From Candidatus Limnocylindrales bacterium (GTDB lineage Bacteria; Chloroflexota; Limnocylindria; Limnocylindrales; CSP1-4), in the NCBI GenBank assembly GCA_036560085.1, contig DATBRX010000131.1, positions 1-57,482 on the forward strand: a stretch of DNA of 57,482 bases, read 5' to 3'. A model generated the notes under the pieces. The model was not told the DNA's origin, did not search any database, and saw only the letters and a program-made list of their open reading frames with translations. The stretch's first letter is position 1. Every line of letters begins with the position of its first letter. This document shows, in pieces, positions 27,286-40,683 of this stretch. Both the position numbers and the translations under genes were made by a program.

Positions 27286-27310
27286 GCGCCGAGCGGCCAA
27301 CGGGGAGACA

Positions 27311-28420
27311 GTGACAGACACGCCGCCGCACAAGGGTGCGATGACACCCGCGGACAAGCCGACTGAAGCCGAGGCGCGGATGCGCGAGGCGCTTGGGCCC
27401 GAGATGGCCAGCGACGCCGTCGGGGCCGCCGCTGCCGTCGCGTCCAAGCCGCGCTCGAACACCCGGCGCTGGATCTTCCTGGCGATCGTCGCCATCGTCG
27501 TCCTGCAGGTCGGGGCCGCCATCTTCTTCCCGCCGACCGGCCCCGACGGCAAGCCCTATCAATACCCGGCGGACGGCATGATCGGTGCCAACATCGAACT
27601 GCCTGCGCCCGAGGTCGTCTTCGACCCGACACCTGAAACACACCGCGACACGGGCCTCGTGACCTTCGACATTACCGTGTCGAACACGCTCTTCACCGGC
27701 TGGATCGTGATGATCCTGATCGTCGCGGTCGCCTTCCTCATGTCACGGGCGGTCAAGGTCGTACCCACCAGGGCGCAGAACGCGCTCGAGTACGTCTACG
27801 AGGGTCTGGCCAACTTCGCGACCTCGCTCGGCGGACGGCAGGCGCGGCGCTACGTGCCGATCTTCGCCGCGTTCTTCCTGTTCATCCTGCTGTCCAACTG
27901 GAGCGGCCTGGTGCCGCCGGTCGGACGAGTCCATTGGCTGCGCGCGCCGACGAGCGACGTGAACACGACCATCGGCCTGGCACTTTTCAGCTTCGGCATG
28001 TTCCACGTGGAGGGCATCCGCGCGCTTGGTTTGCGGCGTTACCTGGGCAAGTTCTTCAGCCTGCGTGCGTTCCGCACTGAGGGGGTGTCGGCCGGCCTCA
28101 TCGCGCTCTTTGTCGGGATCATCGAGTTCCTGCTCGAGTTCATCAAGCCGGTCACGCTGGCGATGCGACTCTTCGGCAACATCTACGGTGGTGAGGTCGC
28201 GCTGGGCGTGATCACCGGCCTGACGATTGCGCTGATCCCGGCAGCAATGGTCGGGCTCGAGTTCCTGCTCAACTTCATGCAGGCCCTGATCTTCTCGGTC
28301 CTGACCCTGATGTTCACTATCATCGCCACGGAGGCGCACGACGACCACGCGGAGCACGAGGCTCCGGAGGGCAACATCGCGCCCGACATGGCCGGCGCCC
28401 ATCCGGCGCCCGCTCACTGA
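27311..28420 (+). CDS. atpB: F0F1 ATP synthase subunit a (with long N-terminal extension as drawn)
   Basis: Essential Arg motif 'LAMRLFGNIYGGE', 'FILLSNWSGLVP'. Start uncertain. Confidence 0.9.
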   Translation: MTDTPPHKGAMTPADKPTEAEARMREALGPEMASDAVGAAAAVASKPRSNTRRWIFLAIVAIVVLQVGAAIFFPPTGPDGKPYQYPADGMIGANIELPAPEVVFDPTPETHRDTGLVTFDITVSNTLFTGWIVMILIVAVAFLMSRAVKVVPTRAQNALEYVYEGLANFATSLGGRQARRYVPIFAAFFLFILLSNWSGLVPPVGRVHWLRAPTSDVNTTIGLALFSFGMFHVEGIRALGLRRYLGKFFSLRAFRTEGVSAGLIALFVGIIEFLLEFIKPVTLAMRLFGNIYGGEVALGVITGLTIALIPAAMVGLEFLLNFMQALIFSVLTLMFTIIATEAHDDHAEHEAPEGNIAPDMAGAHPAPAH

Positions 28421-28478
28421 CCAAGTCCAACAAACAGCCCGGTAAGTCGCCGGGCGCTACGGAGGTAGAGAGAACGAG

Positions 28479-28691
28479 ATGGAACTCATTGGTGCAGGTC
28501 TCGCCGCGCTGGGCGTCATCGGCCCCGGCATCGGCGTCGGCATCCTGACTGGCCTGTCGACGAGCGCAATCGGCCGCAACCCCGATGCTGCCGCGCAAAT
28601 CCGGGCCACGTTCATCATCGGCGCGGCCTTCGCCGAGGGACTGGGCGTGCTCGCAGTCGTCGTCGGCCTGCTGTGCATCTTCCTGCGCTAG
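28479..28691 (+). CDS. atpE: F0F1 ATP synthase subunit c
   Basis: 70-aa hairpin, 'GRNPD' loop, ion-binding Glu in 'AFAEGLG'. GGAGG upstream. Confidence 0.95.
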   Translation: MELIGAGLAALGVIGPGIGVGILTGLSTSAIGRNPDAAAQIRATFIIGAAFAEGLGVLAVVVGLLCIFLR

Positions 28692-28712
28692 CCCGCGCAG
28701 GAAATTTCTGTC

Positions 28713-29270
28713 GTGCCAGTGTTCGCGGGCGCCGGAGGCGTACTAGACCCGATCCTGCGCCTCTTCGCTGAAGAGGCCGAGGTCGGCTTCCAGCTCAACC
28801 TGTTCTGGATCATCGCCCAGGCAGGCTCGTTCCTGCTGTTCTTCGTGATCCTGTATTTCGCCGCGTTCAAGCGCATAGGCGGGGTGCTCGAGGAGCGGCG
28901 TTCGAAGATCGAGCAGGGCCTGCGCGATGCCGACGATGCGCGCAAGGAGCGTGAGCAGGCCGCCAGCGAGCGCCTCGCGGTCCTGGCCCAGGCGCGCAAC
29001 GAGGCGGAGGACATACTCAGCCGGGCACAGAAGGTCGCGGATGAGTCGCGCGAACGCGACATGGCCGAGACGCGGGCGCAGCTCGAGCAGCTGCGCACCC
29101 AGGCCGCGGCGGACATCGCGTCCGAGAAGGAACGCGCCCTGGCCGACGTCCGTTCTCAGGTCGCCGAGCTCGCGCTCGCGGCCGCGTCGCGCGTCGTCGG
29201 CGAGACGATGACCGGCGAGCGCGAGAAGCGTCTCGTCAACGAGTTCCTGACCGAGGTTGGCAAGAAGTAG
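28713..29270 (+). CDS. atpF: F0F1 ATP synthase subunit b
   Basis: One N-terminal TM, then a long charged helix 'ERRSKIEQGLRDADDARKEREQA'. Correct operon position. Confidence 0.85.
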   Translation: MPVFAGAGGVLDPILRLFAEEAEVGFQLNLFWIIAQAGSFLLFFVILYFAAFKRIGGVLEERRSKIEQGLRDADDARKEREQAASERLAVLAQARNEAEDILSRAQKVADESRERDMAETRAQLEQLRTQAAADIASEKERALADVRSQVAELALAAASRVVGETMTGEREKRLVNEFLTEVGKK

Positions 29271-29272
29271 CC

Positions 29273-29830
29273 ATGGCCGGGACACGCAGGAGCAGCACCG
29301 CGCGGCGCTATGCCGAGGCCGTATTCGAGATCGCCGAGCGCGACGACACGGTTGAACGCTGGCTGACGCAGCTGAACGATGTCGCCGAGGCCGTCAGTCG
29401 CAAGGAGGTCGTGCGCCGGCTCGAGGATCCGCATGTGCCGCTCGAGGCGCGGGCCAAGGCTCTGCACGACGTTGCCGGCGCTCAGATGCTGCCCCAGATG
29501 AGCAACCTCCTGGGGCTCGTGTTGCGCCGCCGCCGGCTCGACACGCTGCCTCAGATTGCGCGCGAGTTCAAGCGTCTCTACAACCGCCGCGCGGGCGTCG
29601 TCGAGGCGACAGCCACGAGTGCCCTGAAGCTCGATGCCCAAGAGGTCGCCGATCTCACGGCCCGCCTCGAAAACATGACCGGCAAGAAGATCGAGCTGAG
29701 CACAGCAGTCGACGCGAACATCCTCGGCGGCATTCAGGTCCGCATCGGCGACACGCTGTATGACGGCAGCGTGCGCGGCCGGCTCGAGCGGCTGCGCGCG
29801 CGCCTCGAGTCGGGTGCGCTCACCGCGTGA
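29273..29830 (+). CDS. atpH: F0F1 ATP synthase subunit delta (OSCP)
   Basis: 'RRYAEAVFEIA' N-terminus, 'ILGGIQVRIGDTLYDGSVRGRLERL' C-terminus. Confidence 0.88.
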   Translation: MAGTRRSSTARRYAEAVFEIAERDDTVERWLTQLNDVAEAVSRKEVVRRLEDPHVPLEARAKALHDVAGAQMLPQMSNLLGLVLRRRRLDTLPQIAREFKRLYNRRAGVVEATATSALKLDAQEVADLTARLENMTGKKIELSTAVDANILGGIQVRIGDTLYDGSVRGRLERLRARLESGALTA

Positions 29831-29883
29831 TCCCGCTGAATTAGACAGACATCGAACCGCACGAGTAACGGAGAAAACCTGCG

Positions 29884-31416
<1,533 letters not shown>

Positions 31417-31439
31417 CAGAGCCGGAGAAGTAGCGGCAC

Positions 31440-33738
<2,299 letters not shown>

Positions 33739-34167
33739 ATGCCACTGCTGCTCGAGATCGTCACCCCGGAGAGGCAGGTCTTCTCCGAGGAGGTCGATTC
33801 GGTCGTCTGCCCGGGTATCGAAGGTGAGCTCGGCGTGCTGCCGCACCACGCGCCGCTCCTGACCACGCTGGGCGTGGGCGAGCTGCGCATCCGGCGCGGC
33901 GGTAGCGAGGAGTACTTCGCCATCGCGGGCGGCTTCCTCCAGGTGCGGCCAGACAAGGTCGTCGTCATGGCCGAGACAGCCGACCTGGCGAGCGATATCG
34001 ACCTCGAGAAGGCGACGGCGGCACGGCGCGAGGCCGAGCAGGCACTCGCCGAGGGCTTCGAGGAGCCGGCCGATCTCGCTCGTGCCCGGGCGTCCCTGCA
34101 GCGTGCGCTGCTGCGCATCCGCGTCGCCGAGCGGCACCGCCGGGAGGGTCCGCGCTCGCGCGGCTAG
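33739..34167 (+). CDS. atpC: F0F1 ATP synthase subunit epsilon
   Basis: 'LEIVTPERQVFSEEVDSVVCPGIEGELGVLPHHAPLLT'. ATG abuts the atpD stop. Confidence 0.9.
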   Translation: MPLLLEIVTPERQVFSEEVDSVVCPGIEGELGVLPHHAPLLTTLGVGELRIRRGGSEEYFAIAGGFLQVRPDKVVVMAETADLASDIDLEKATAARREAEQALAEGFEEPADLARARASLQRALLRIRVAERHRREGPRSRG

Positions 34168-34190
34168 GAGATACGTGGCCGCAGGAACCC

Positions 34191-35531
34191 ATGGCTGATC
34201 GTCTGTTCCACTGGGAATACCAAGAGCTCCCGGTTGAGCGACAGGCTTTTCGGGTAACAGGCGGCCGCCCGTTGCGCGGCAAGGTGCAGATCAGCGGCAG
34301 CAAGAACGCCGCGCTCAAGATGCTCGCCGCGGCGACGCTGACCGGCGAGCGCTGCCGCTTCACGAACGTGCCCGAGATCGAGGACGTGCGCGTCATGGCC
34401 GACGTGCTGCGTGACCTGGGCGTCGTCGTCGACCACCCCGCGCCGAACACCTATGAAGTGGCCGCGGGCGATGTGGAGTGGCTCTTCGTGCCGCTCGAGG
34501 CCGCGGCCAAAATGCGTGCCTCCTTCATCCTGCTCGGGCCGCTGCTCGCCCGTTTCGGGCGCGTGATCATGAGCAACCCCGGTGGCGACCGCATAGGCCG
34601 CCGGCCGGTCAACCTGCACGTGGACGCGATGCGCGCGCTGGGCGCTGACATCGAGTACCGCAACGGCTACTACTTCGCGCGCTCGAACGGCCGGCTGCGC
34701 GGCTCCGAGATCGCCTTTCCCCAGGTGACCGTGATGGGCACGGAGAACGCCATCCTTGGCGCGGCGCTGGCCGAGGGCCGGACGACCATCAGGCCCGCTG
34801 CCCAGGAGCCGGAGATCGACGACCTGATCCTGTTCCTGCAGAAGATGGGCGCGGATATCGAGCGCACCGCGCCGGACACCATCGTCGTCAACGGCCAGCG
34901 CCGGTTGCGCGGCGCAGACCACCACGTGCTGCCTGATCGCATCGAGACCGGCACGTTCCTGATTGCGGCGGCGGTCACCGGCGGCGAGGTGACCCTAGAG
35001 GGCGCGCCGTGCGACCACCTGGGCGCGTTCCTCGACGCGATGACGGACATCGGCGTGCCCGTGGCATGCGGGCGCAACACGATCGAGATCGCGTGCTCCG
35101 AGGATGCGGTCCGGTCATTCAAGGCGCGCGACATCGAGACTTCGCCCTACCCAGGCTTCGCGACAGACCTCCAGTCGCCCACGTCAGTGCTGCTCAGCCA
35201 GGCGACCGGCACGAGCAGGCTGCACGAGACGATCTTCGAGGACCGCCTCGAATGGCTGGCCGAGCTGCGGCGCATGGGCGCGCAGGTCGACCTGCTCGAC
35301 GCCCACAACGCCTCGATCAAGGGACCGGTCAAGCTACACGCGGCCGATGTCGAGATGGGCGACCTGCGCGCGGGAGCGTCACTGATCCTGGCCGCGCTGA
35401 CGGCCGAGGGCACGAGCACGATTCACGGCGCGCACCACGTTCGGCGCGGGTATGAGAACATCGAAGGCAAGTTCCTCGATCTGGGCGCGCAGATTGAGCA
35501 TGTCTCCGAAGAGGCGCGCGAGGGCGACTAG
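34191..35531 (+). CDS. murA: UDP-N-acetylglucosamine 1-carboxyvinyltransferase
   Basis: '[18 protein letters not shown]', active-site loop '[15 protein letters not shown]' (Asp where E. coli has Cys115), 'YPGFATDLQ'. Confidence 0.95.
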   Translation: MADRLFHWEYQELPVERQAFRVTGGRPLRGKVQISGSKNAALKMLAAATLTGERCRFTNVPEIEDVRVMADVLRDLGVVVDHPAPNTYEVAAGDVEWLFVPLEAAAKMRASFILLGPLLARFGRVIMSNPGGDRIGRRPVNLHVDAMRALGADIEYRNGYYFARSNGRLRGSEIAFPQVTVMGTENAILGAALAEGRTTIRPAAQEPEIDDLILFLQKMGADIERTAPDTIVVNGQRRLRGADHHVLPDRIETGTFLIAAAVTGGEVTLEGAPCDHLGAFLDAMTDIGVPVACGRNTIEIACSEDAVRSFKARDIETSPYPGFATDLQSPTSVLLSQATGTSRLHETIFEDRLEWLAELRRMGAQVDLLDAHNASIKGPVKLHAADVEMGDLRAGASLILAALTAEGTSTIHGAHHVRRGYENIEGKFLDLGAQIEHVSEEAREGD

Positions 35532-35547
35532 TGGATATCAGCAACTG

Positions 35548-36537
35548 ATGAAAATCGGCATCGATCTGGGCACGGCCAACATCCTCGTCTACGTGAAGGG
35601 CCGCGGCATTGTGGCGCGTGAGCCTTCGGTCGTGGCCGTTAGCGACGACAACCACATCGTCGCGGTGGGCGAAGAGGCGCGCGAGATGATCGGCCGCACC
35701 CCGGGCAACATCAGCGCCATCCGGCCGATGAAGGACGGCGTCATCGCCGACTACGTCATCACCGAGGCGATGCTGCGCTACTTCATCCGCAAGGCCGGCC
35801 GCGCACTGACCAAGCCCGACGTGATGATCAGCGTGCCGTCGGGCGTCACCAGTGTCGAGAAGCGTGCCGTGCGTGACGCGGCGCTCAAGGCCGGCGCGCG
35901 CGAGGCGTATCTCATCGAGGAGCCACTGGCCGCCGCGATCGGCGCCAACGTGCCCATCAGCGGCCCGTCGGGCAACCTCGTCATCGACATCGGCGGCGGC
36001 ACGTCGGAGATCGCCGTGATCTCGCTCGGCGGCATCGTGGTCGCGCGCTCGGTGCGCGTCGGTGGCAACCGCTTCGACGAGGCGATCGCCAACTACGTGC
36101 GCAAGAAGTACAACGTGATGATCGGCGACCGCACAGCCGAAGAGGTCAAGATGCAGATAGGCACGGCCATGCCGCTCGAGCGCGAGCTGCACATGGAGGT
36201 GCGCGGGCGCGACCTCATCGCCGGTCTGCCGCGGACGGTGCCCCTCACGAGCTCAGAGGTTATGGAGGCGCTCGAGCAGCCGCTCCAGCAGATAATCGGC
36301 GCGGTGCGCGCGGTGCTCGAGGAGACGCCGCCCGAGCTGTCGAGCGACATCATCGACAAGGGCATGGTCATGACCGGCGGCGGCTCGCTGCTGCGCAACA
36401 TCGACAAGCTGCTGACCCAGGTCACCGGCGTGCCCTGCCACGTCGCGGACAACGCGCTCAATTGCGTCGCCCTGGGGACCGGCCTGGCGCTCGAGCACTT
36501 CGACTTCTTCCGGAAGTCGCTCGTCCAGCGGATCTGA
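35548..36537 (+). CDS. mreB: Rod shape-determining actin homologue MreB
   Basis: ATG 35548 inside track ORF 35452..36537. '[13 protein letters not shown]', '[16 protein letters not shown]', '[17 protein letters not shown]'. Confidence 0.95.
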   Translation: MKIGIDLGTANILVYVKGRGIVAREPSVVAVSDDNHIVAVGEEAREMIGRTPGNISAIRPMKDGVIADYVITEAMLRYFIRKAGRALTKPDVMISVPSGVTSVEKRAVRDAALKAGAREAYLIEEPLAAAIGANVPISGPSGNLVIDIGGGTSEIAVISLGGIVVARSVRVGGNRFDEAIANYVRKKYNVMIGDRTAEEVKMQIGTAMPLERELHMEVRGRDLIAGLPRTVPLTSSEVMEALEQPLQQIIGAVRAVLEETPPELSSDIIDKGMVMTGGGSLLRNIDKLLTQVTGVPCHVADNALNCVALGTGLALEHFDFFRKSLVQRI

Positions 36538-36572
36538 GCGAACCGGCAGACCTGCCGGCACCGACGCGCAAC

Positions 36573-37289
36573 ATGGAGCCCGATTCGACACGCCCGGTGC
36601 GCTCGCTGGTCGACTTGCACTGCCACACCAGCGCATCGTTCGATTCACTCAGCAAGCCGGCAGACGTCGCCCGCGTGGCGGCGGAGCGCGGTCTGACCCA
36701 CCTGGCGATCACCGATCACGACCGGATCGACGGTGCTCTCGCGGCGCGCGACGCGGCGCCGGCCGGGCTCGCGATCATCGTTGGCCAGGAGGTGCGCACC
36801 ACCACCGGCGATCTCATCGCGCTCTTCGTCGAGCGGCCCATCCCGCCCGGCTTGGCGCCGGCTGATGCGGCCCAGCGCATCCGCGAGCAGGGCGGCGCGG
36901 TGGGCCTCGCCCATCCATATGATCGCTTTCGTGCCGGCGCCGCCCGGCCCGGCTGGGAGGACGAGCTGGAGCGACTGCTGCCGCGGCTCGACTACGTCGA
37001 GACGTGGAACTCGCGCTTGATGCTCGGCGACGGCAACCGACGTGCAGCCGAGCTCGCCCACGCCCATGGCTTGCCCGGCGCGGCCGTTTCCGACGCCCAC
37101 ACGCTGCTCGAGGTGGGCGTGTCGTACACGGTGGTTGACGGGCCGCTCGATAGCGCCGCCGACCTGCGCGCTGGCCTTGTTGGGGCGCGCATCGTGACCA
37201 GCCACGGCTCGCGCCTGGTGCGCCTGGCCACGCCGCTGGCGAAGGTCATCCAGCGCATGCGCGGCAATGGCCGCGTGCCGGTGGCATGA
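36573..37289 (+). CDS. PHP-domain metal-dependent phosphoesterase
   Basis: ATG 36573. 'VDLHCHTSASFDS', 'LAITDHDRIDGA', 'GLAHPYD', 'AVSDAHT'. Confidence 0.75.
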   Translation: MEPDSTRPVRSLVDLHCHTSASFDSLSKPADVARVAAERGLTHLAITDHDRIDGALAARDAAPAGLAIIVGQEVRTTTGDLIALFVERPIPPGLAPADAAQRIREQGGAVGLAHPYDRFRAGAARPGWEDELERLLPRLDYVETWNSRLMLGDGNRRAAELAHAHGLPGAAVSDAHTLLEVGVSYTVVDGPLDSAADLRAGLVGARIVTSHGSRLVRLATPLAKVIQRMRGNGRVPVA

Positions 37290-38410
37290 GCGACCCCGCA
37301 GCGGACCAGCCGTCGGCTGAGGCGCGGGTCGTCGACGAGCCGATCGTCGACTATCCGGGCGTCCACGAGGAGTCGACACCACCGCAGCCGCTGTCGCGCC
37401 GGTTGCGCGACCCGCGCACGATCGTCTCGCTGGTCCTGCCCATCGTCCTGCTCGTGCTGGTGGCGCTCAGCCTGAAGGACCTCGACCTCAATGAACTGAC
37501 GCAGACAATCGTGCGCGCGAACCCATGGTTCCTGATCGCGGCCTTCGCCATCTACTACGCCGGGTTCCCATTGCGCGGCTATCGCTGGCAGCTGCTGCTG
37601 CGCCGCGCCGGCACGCACATCAGCCTGCGCGATTCGACGGAGATCATGTTCATCTCATGGCTGGTCAACTGCCTCGTGCCGGCCAAGCTGGGCGACGTCT
37701 ATCGCGCGTGGCTGCTCAAGGCGAACTTCACGGTGTCGTTGAGCCGCACGTTCGGCACGGTCTTCATCGAGCGCATCTTCGATCTCTTCGCCATCGCCAT
37801 CCTCGGCCTGGGCGCGGCGTTCTGGAGCTTCCGCGGCAACCTGCCGACGGCGGTCCAGGTAGTGATTGCCATCGGGCTCGCGGTGGTCCTGCTGCTGAGC
37901 GTCGGTCTGTACACCGTGCGCAATTTCGGCAAGCGCGCCCTGCTCCGTGTGCCACTGCCCAGGAAGAAGCAGCTGCTCGAGCTGTACGAGAAGTTCGAGG
38001 AGGGCGTCTTCGCCATCAACCCGCGCCAGGTGCCGTGGCTGGCCGTGGTCACGGCGGCCATCTGGGCGACCGAGGCGATCCGGCTGCTGCTCGTCATCGA
38101 GGCGCTCAACTTCCGCGACGTCCACCTGGGCATCAGCGGCGCGTTCTTTGTCGCGCTGTCGGCGTCGCTGCTGACGGCGATCCCGCTCACGCCGGCCGGC
38201 CTTGGGATCGTTGAGCTCGGCATCGTGGGCATCCTGACGGTCATCTACGGCGTGGACCAGACGAACGCGGTCGCGATCACCCTCGTCGACCGGGCGATCA
38301 GCGTGTTCTCGATCTGGTTCACGGGTGGTCTCATCTACGCGTTATCGCGCAAGACGAAAGCCAACGTGACCCGACGCCCGGCAGATAGGGCGAGCGCCGC
38401 CGGCGGCTAG
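37286..38410 (+). CDS. UPF0104 / lysyl-phosphatidylglycerol-synthase-TM-like (flippase-like) membrane protein
   Basis: ATGA overlap with the PHP gene. Polytopic. 'FPLRGYRWQLLLRRAG', 'LTPAGLGIVELGIVGIL'. Confidence 0.65.
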   Translation: MSDPAADQPSAEARVVDEPIVDYPGVHEESTPPQPLSRRLRDPRTIVSLVLPIVLLVLVALSLKDLDLNELTQTIVRANPWFLIAAFAIYYAGFPLRGYRWQLLLRRAGTHISLRDSTEIMFISWLVNCLVPAKLGDVYRAWLLKANFTVSLSRTFGTVFIERIFDLFAIAILGLGAAFWSFRGNLPTAVQVVIAIGLAVVLLLSVGLYTVRNFGKRALLRVPLPRKKQLLELYEKFEEGVFAINPRQVPWLAVVTAAIWATEAIRLLLVIEALNFRDVHLGISGAFFVALSASLLTAIPLTPAGLGIVELGIVGILTVIYGVDQTNAVAITLVDRAISVFSIWFTGGLIYALSRKTKANVTRRPADRASAAGG

Positions 38411-38420
38411 CGGAGCCAAT

Positions 38421-38446
38421 GAAAAAGCCGGTCGTGGCGACCGGCT
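38421..38446 (-). terminator. Intrinsic terminator after the XRE gene (possibly bidirectional)
   Basis: Minus strand reads AGCCGGTCG-CCA-CGACCGGCT followed by TTTTC. Lies 52 nt below the XRE stop and 16 nt beyond the stop of the convergent plus-strand gene. Confidence 0.5.
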
Positions 38447-38498
38447 GATCCAGGCGAGTGACGCAGACGGACCGAGCGGCCGCGACCGAACAGAATGG

Positions 38499-38930
38499 CT
38501 AGTTGCGGTTGGGCATCCGGGCCGCGGCCAACACCTGGCGCGGATCGGTGGTCACGGCGCCGTTCTGGCGCGCTGCGGCGAGGCGGCGCATCCGGAGGGC
38601 GAGGTAGTACTCCATCACCTGGCGCACCTGTGGCTCGCTCAAGAGGTCGTCTGAGCGAAGCGCGTACTCGACGCGCGCAGTGGGGTGGCTCGCAGTGGAG
38701 GCCACGAGGCCAAAGTACTGCGGAGTCTCTGTCTCGTCGCGCAGCTCACGGAGGCCGCGAGCGAGCTTTGTGGCGGTCCCCAGCGACGGAGTGCGGTCAC
38801 CCCGCACAAGGCGCGAGATGGTCGAGTGATCCACACCCGACTGCTGCGCCAGCTGGCGCTGCGACATCTTCTTCGCCTTGAGCTGAGTCCTCAGCCAGTC
38901 GTTGAAGGCCCGTCCGTTCTGGACGCTCAT
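38499..38930 (-). CDS. XRE-family helix-turn-helix transcriptional regulator
   Basis: 'KKMSQRQLAQQSGVDHSTISRLVRGDRTPSLGTATKLARGL'. ATG 38930 preferred (AGGGGA 5 nt upstream); the track ORF opens at TTG 39020. Confidence 0.75.
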   Translation of the reverse strand: MSVQNGRAFNDWLRTQLKAKKMSQRQLAQQSGVDHSTISRLVRGDRTPSLGTATKLARGLRELRDETETPQYFGLVASTASHPTARVEYALRSDDLLSEPQVRQVMEYYLALRMRRLAAARQNGAVTTDPRQVLAAARMPNRN

Positions 38931-39034
38931 TGGATCCCCTGCTGCGTGATCGGGCGTGGGCACAGCGGCATAATCCGGTGCGCGGGTGTTGCTCGATATA
39001 GGCCCTTGGTACGGTGCCAAAACGGCCTACCGGG

Positions 39035-40042
39035 TCAAGCCCCCGGAGGGGCCGAGCGCGCTGCTCCGCGGCGCAGGTTGAACGCCTCCGGCGGTAGCAC
39101 CGGCAGCTCCTGGCCGTCGGCCAGCATGAGCGCCCGCTCGAGGTTGATCGCGTCGTAGCCGGCATCCATGCCGGGCGTCTCCAGGAAGGTCGGCAGGGCG
39201 CCCAGCCAGGGGTGATTCAGGAGATCGCGCAGGCCGTCGCGGCCGATCTTGCCGGCGCCGACATGCTCGTGCCGATCGAGGCGCGACCCCAGCTCGACGC
39301 GCGAGTCGTTGAGATGCAGCATGACGACGTTGGCGCGCCCGAGCAGGCGCTCCGCGCGCTCGGTGAGCCACTCGATCCAGGTGCTGCTGCCCACGTCGTA
39401 CCCACCACCCCACAGGTGGGCGGTGTCGAGACATACACCCAGGCGTTCCATGGGCAGCCCGGCCGCGTCCGCCGCGGCCAGGATGTCAGCTAGGTCCTCG
39501 AGCGACGAGCCGATGCCGTCGCCCGTGCCGGCGGCGTTCTCCAGCACCAGGCGCGGCAGAAGGCCCGGCGCTGGCTCGCTCTGATCGGCTTCGCGCAACA
39601 CGGCCGCGAGGCCGCGGACGAGGCGCTCGATCGCGCTGTCGCGCTCGTCACCGCGATGCGAGCCGATGTGCATGACGACGTTCTGAGCGCCGTACTCACG
39701 GCCGACAACTAGCTCGTGGGCCATGGTGGCGACGGAGCGTGCCCAGAACTCCTCGTTCGCGCCGCACAGGTTGACCAGGTAGGGCGCATGAATCGCGAGT
39801 TGCTCGATGCCCGCTGCCGCAAGGCGCTGACGGAACTCGGGCAGCTCGGCCGGCAGCTCGTCACGCCGCCGCCAGGCGACCGGGTTGTCGGTGAAGACCT
39901 GGACGGCGTTGGCGCCAATCGCCTGTGCCCGGTCGGCGGCCTTGAGCAACCCCTGGCCGAGCTGCAGATGGGGCCCGATGAGCCGTTTGAAGTCAGTCAC
40001 GGTCTCGATGTTTTCCAGCAAAGCCGATTTGACGGCCATCAT
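39035..40042 (-). CDS. nfo: Endonuclease IV (AP endonuclease family 2)
   Basis: 'IHAPYLVNL', 'HIGSH', 'LENAAGTG', 'VCLDTAHLWGGGYD', 'HLNDS', 'DRHEHVGAGKIG', matching E. coli Nfo metal-ligand motifs. Confidence 0.9.
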   Translation of the reverse strand: MMAVKSALLENIETVTDFKRLIGPHLQLGQGLLKAADRAQAIGANAVQVFTDNPVAWRRRDELPAELPEFRQRLAAAGIEQLAIHAPYLVNLCGANEEFWARSVATMAHELVVGREYGAQNVVMHIGSHRGDERDSAIERLVRGLAAVLREADQSEPAPGLLPRLVLENAAGTGDGIGSSLEDLADILAAADAAGLPMERLGVCLDTAHLWGGGYDVGSSTWIEWLTERAERLLGRANVVMLHLNDSRVELGSRLDRHEHVGAGKIGRDGLRDLLNHPWLGALPTFLETPGMDAGYDAINLERALMLADGQELPVLPPEAFNLRRGAARSAPPGA

Positions 40043-40053
40043 ATTGTGGCCTC

Positions 40054-40659
40054 ATGGATCCCGATCTCCTGACCGCCCTGAAAGCCCTATCGGATGCGTC
40101 ACGCCTGCGCATCGTCGGCCTGCTCGCCGACGGTCGGCGCATGGCCGTCGAACAGCTCGCCGCCGCACTCAAGGTCACGCCGGCGACGGTCGTGCATCAC
40201 CTCAGGAAGCTGCGCGAGGCGGGACTGGTCGAATCGCACCCGCGGCCGCCGTACATGGACTACTCGCTCCGACTGGGCCGCCTGTCCGAGATCGGCGCCA
40301 GCCTGCACCGCATCGCGCGTGAGCAGACCGGCGCGGCGGAAGTGGACCCGACGCTCCCCGACTGGGCCACGCCGGCCGACGCCAAGGTGCTGCGCGCCTT
40401 CTTTGATGGTGAGCGGCTGACCAGCATCCCGGTCCAGCATTCGAAGCGCCTCGTCGTGCTGCGCCGCCTCGCCGAGACCATCTTCGAGAAGAAGCGCAAG
40501 TACCCGGAGAAGGAGGTCAACCAGCTGCTCGCCGTGCGTCACCCTGACGCGGCGTCGCTGCGCCGCTACCTGGTCGACGAGGGCTTCATGGCGCGCAAGC
40601 AGGGCGTGTACCGGCTCCAGCCGCGCAAGGACTGGCCCAAGGTGGGTTCAGGCCGCTAG
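40054..40659 (+). CDS. ArsR-family HTH regulator fused to a DUF2087 domain
   Basis: 'LKALSDASRLRIVGLLADGRRMAVEQLAAALKVTPATVVHHLRKLREAGLV', then 'RLTSIPVQHSKRLVVLRRLAE...YPEKEVNQLL...DAASLRRYLVDEGFM'. Confidence 0.8.
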   Translation: MDPDLLTALKALSDASRLRIVGLLADGRRMAVEQLAAALKVTPATVVHHLRKLREAGLVESHPRPPYMDYSLRLGRLSEIGASLHRIAREQTGAAEVDPTLPDWATPADAKVLRAFFDGERLTSIPVQHSKRLVVLRRLAETIFEKKRKYPEKEVNQLLAVRHPDAASLRRYLVDEGFMARKQGVYRLQPRKDWPKVGSGR

Positions 40660-40683
40660 GCGGTGATGCCTGGGCGACGGGCC

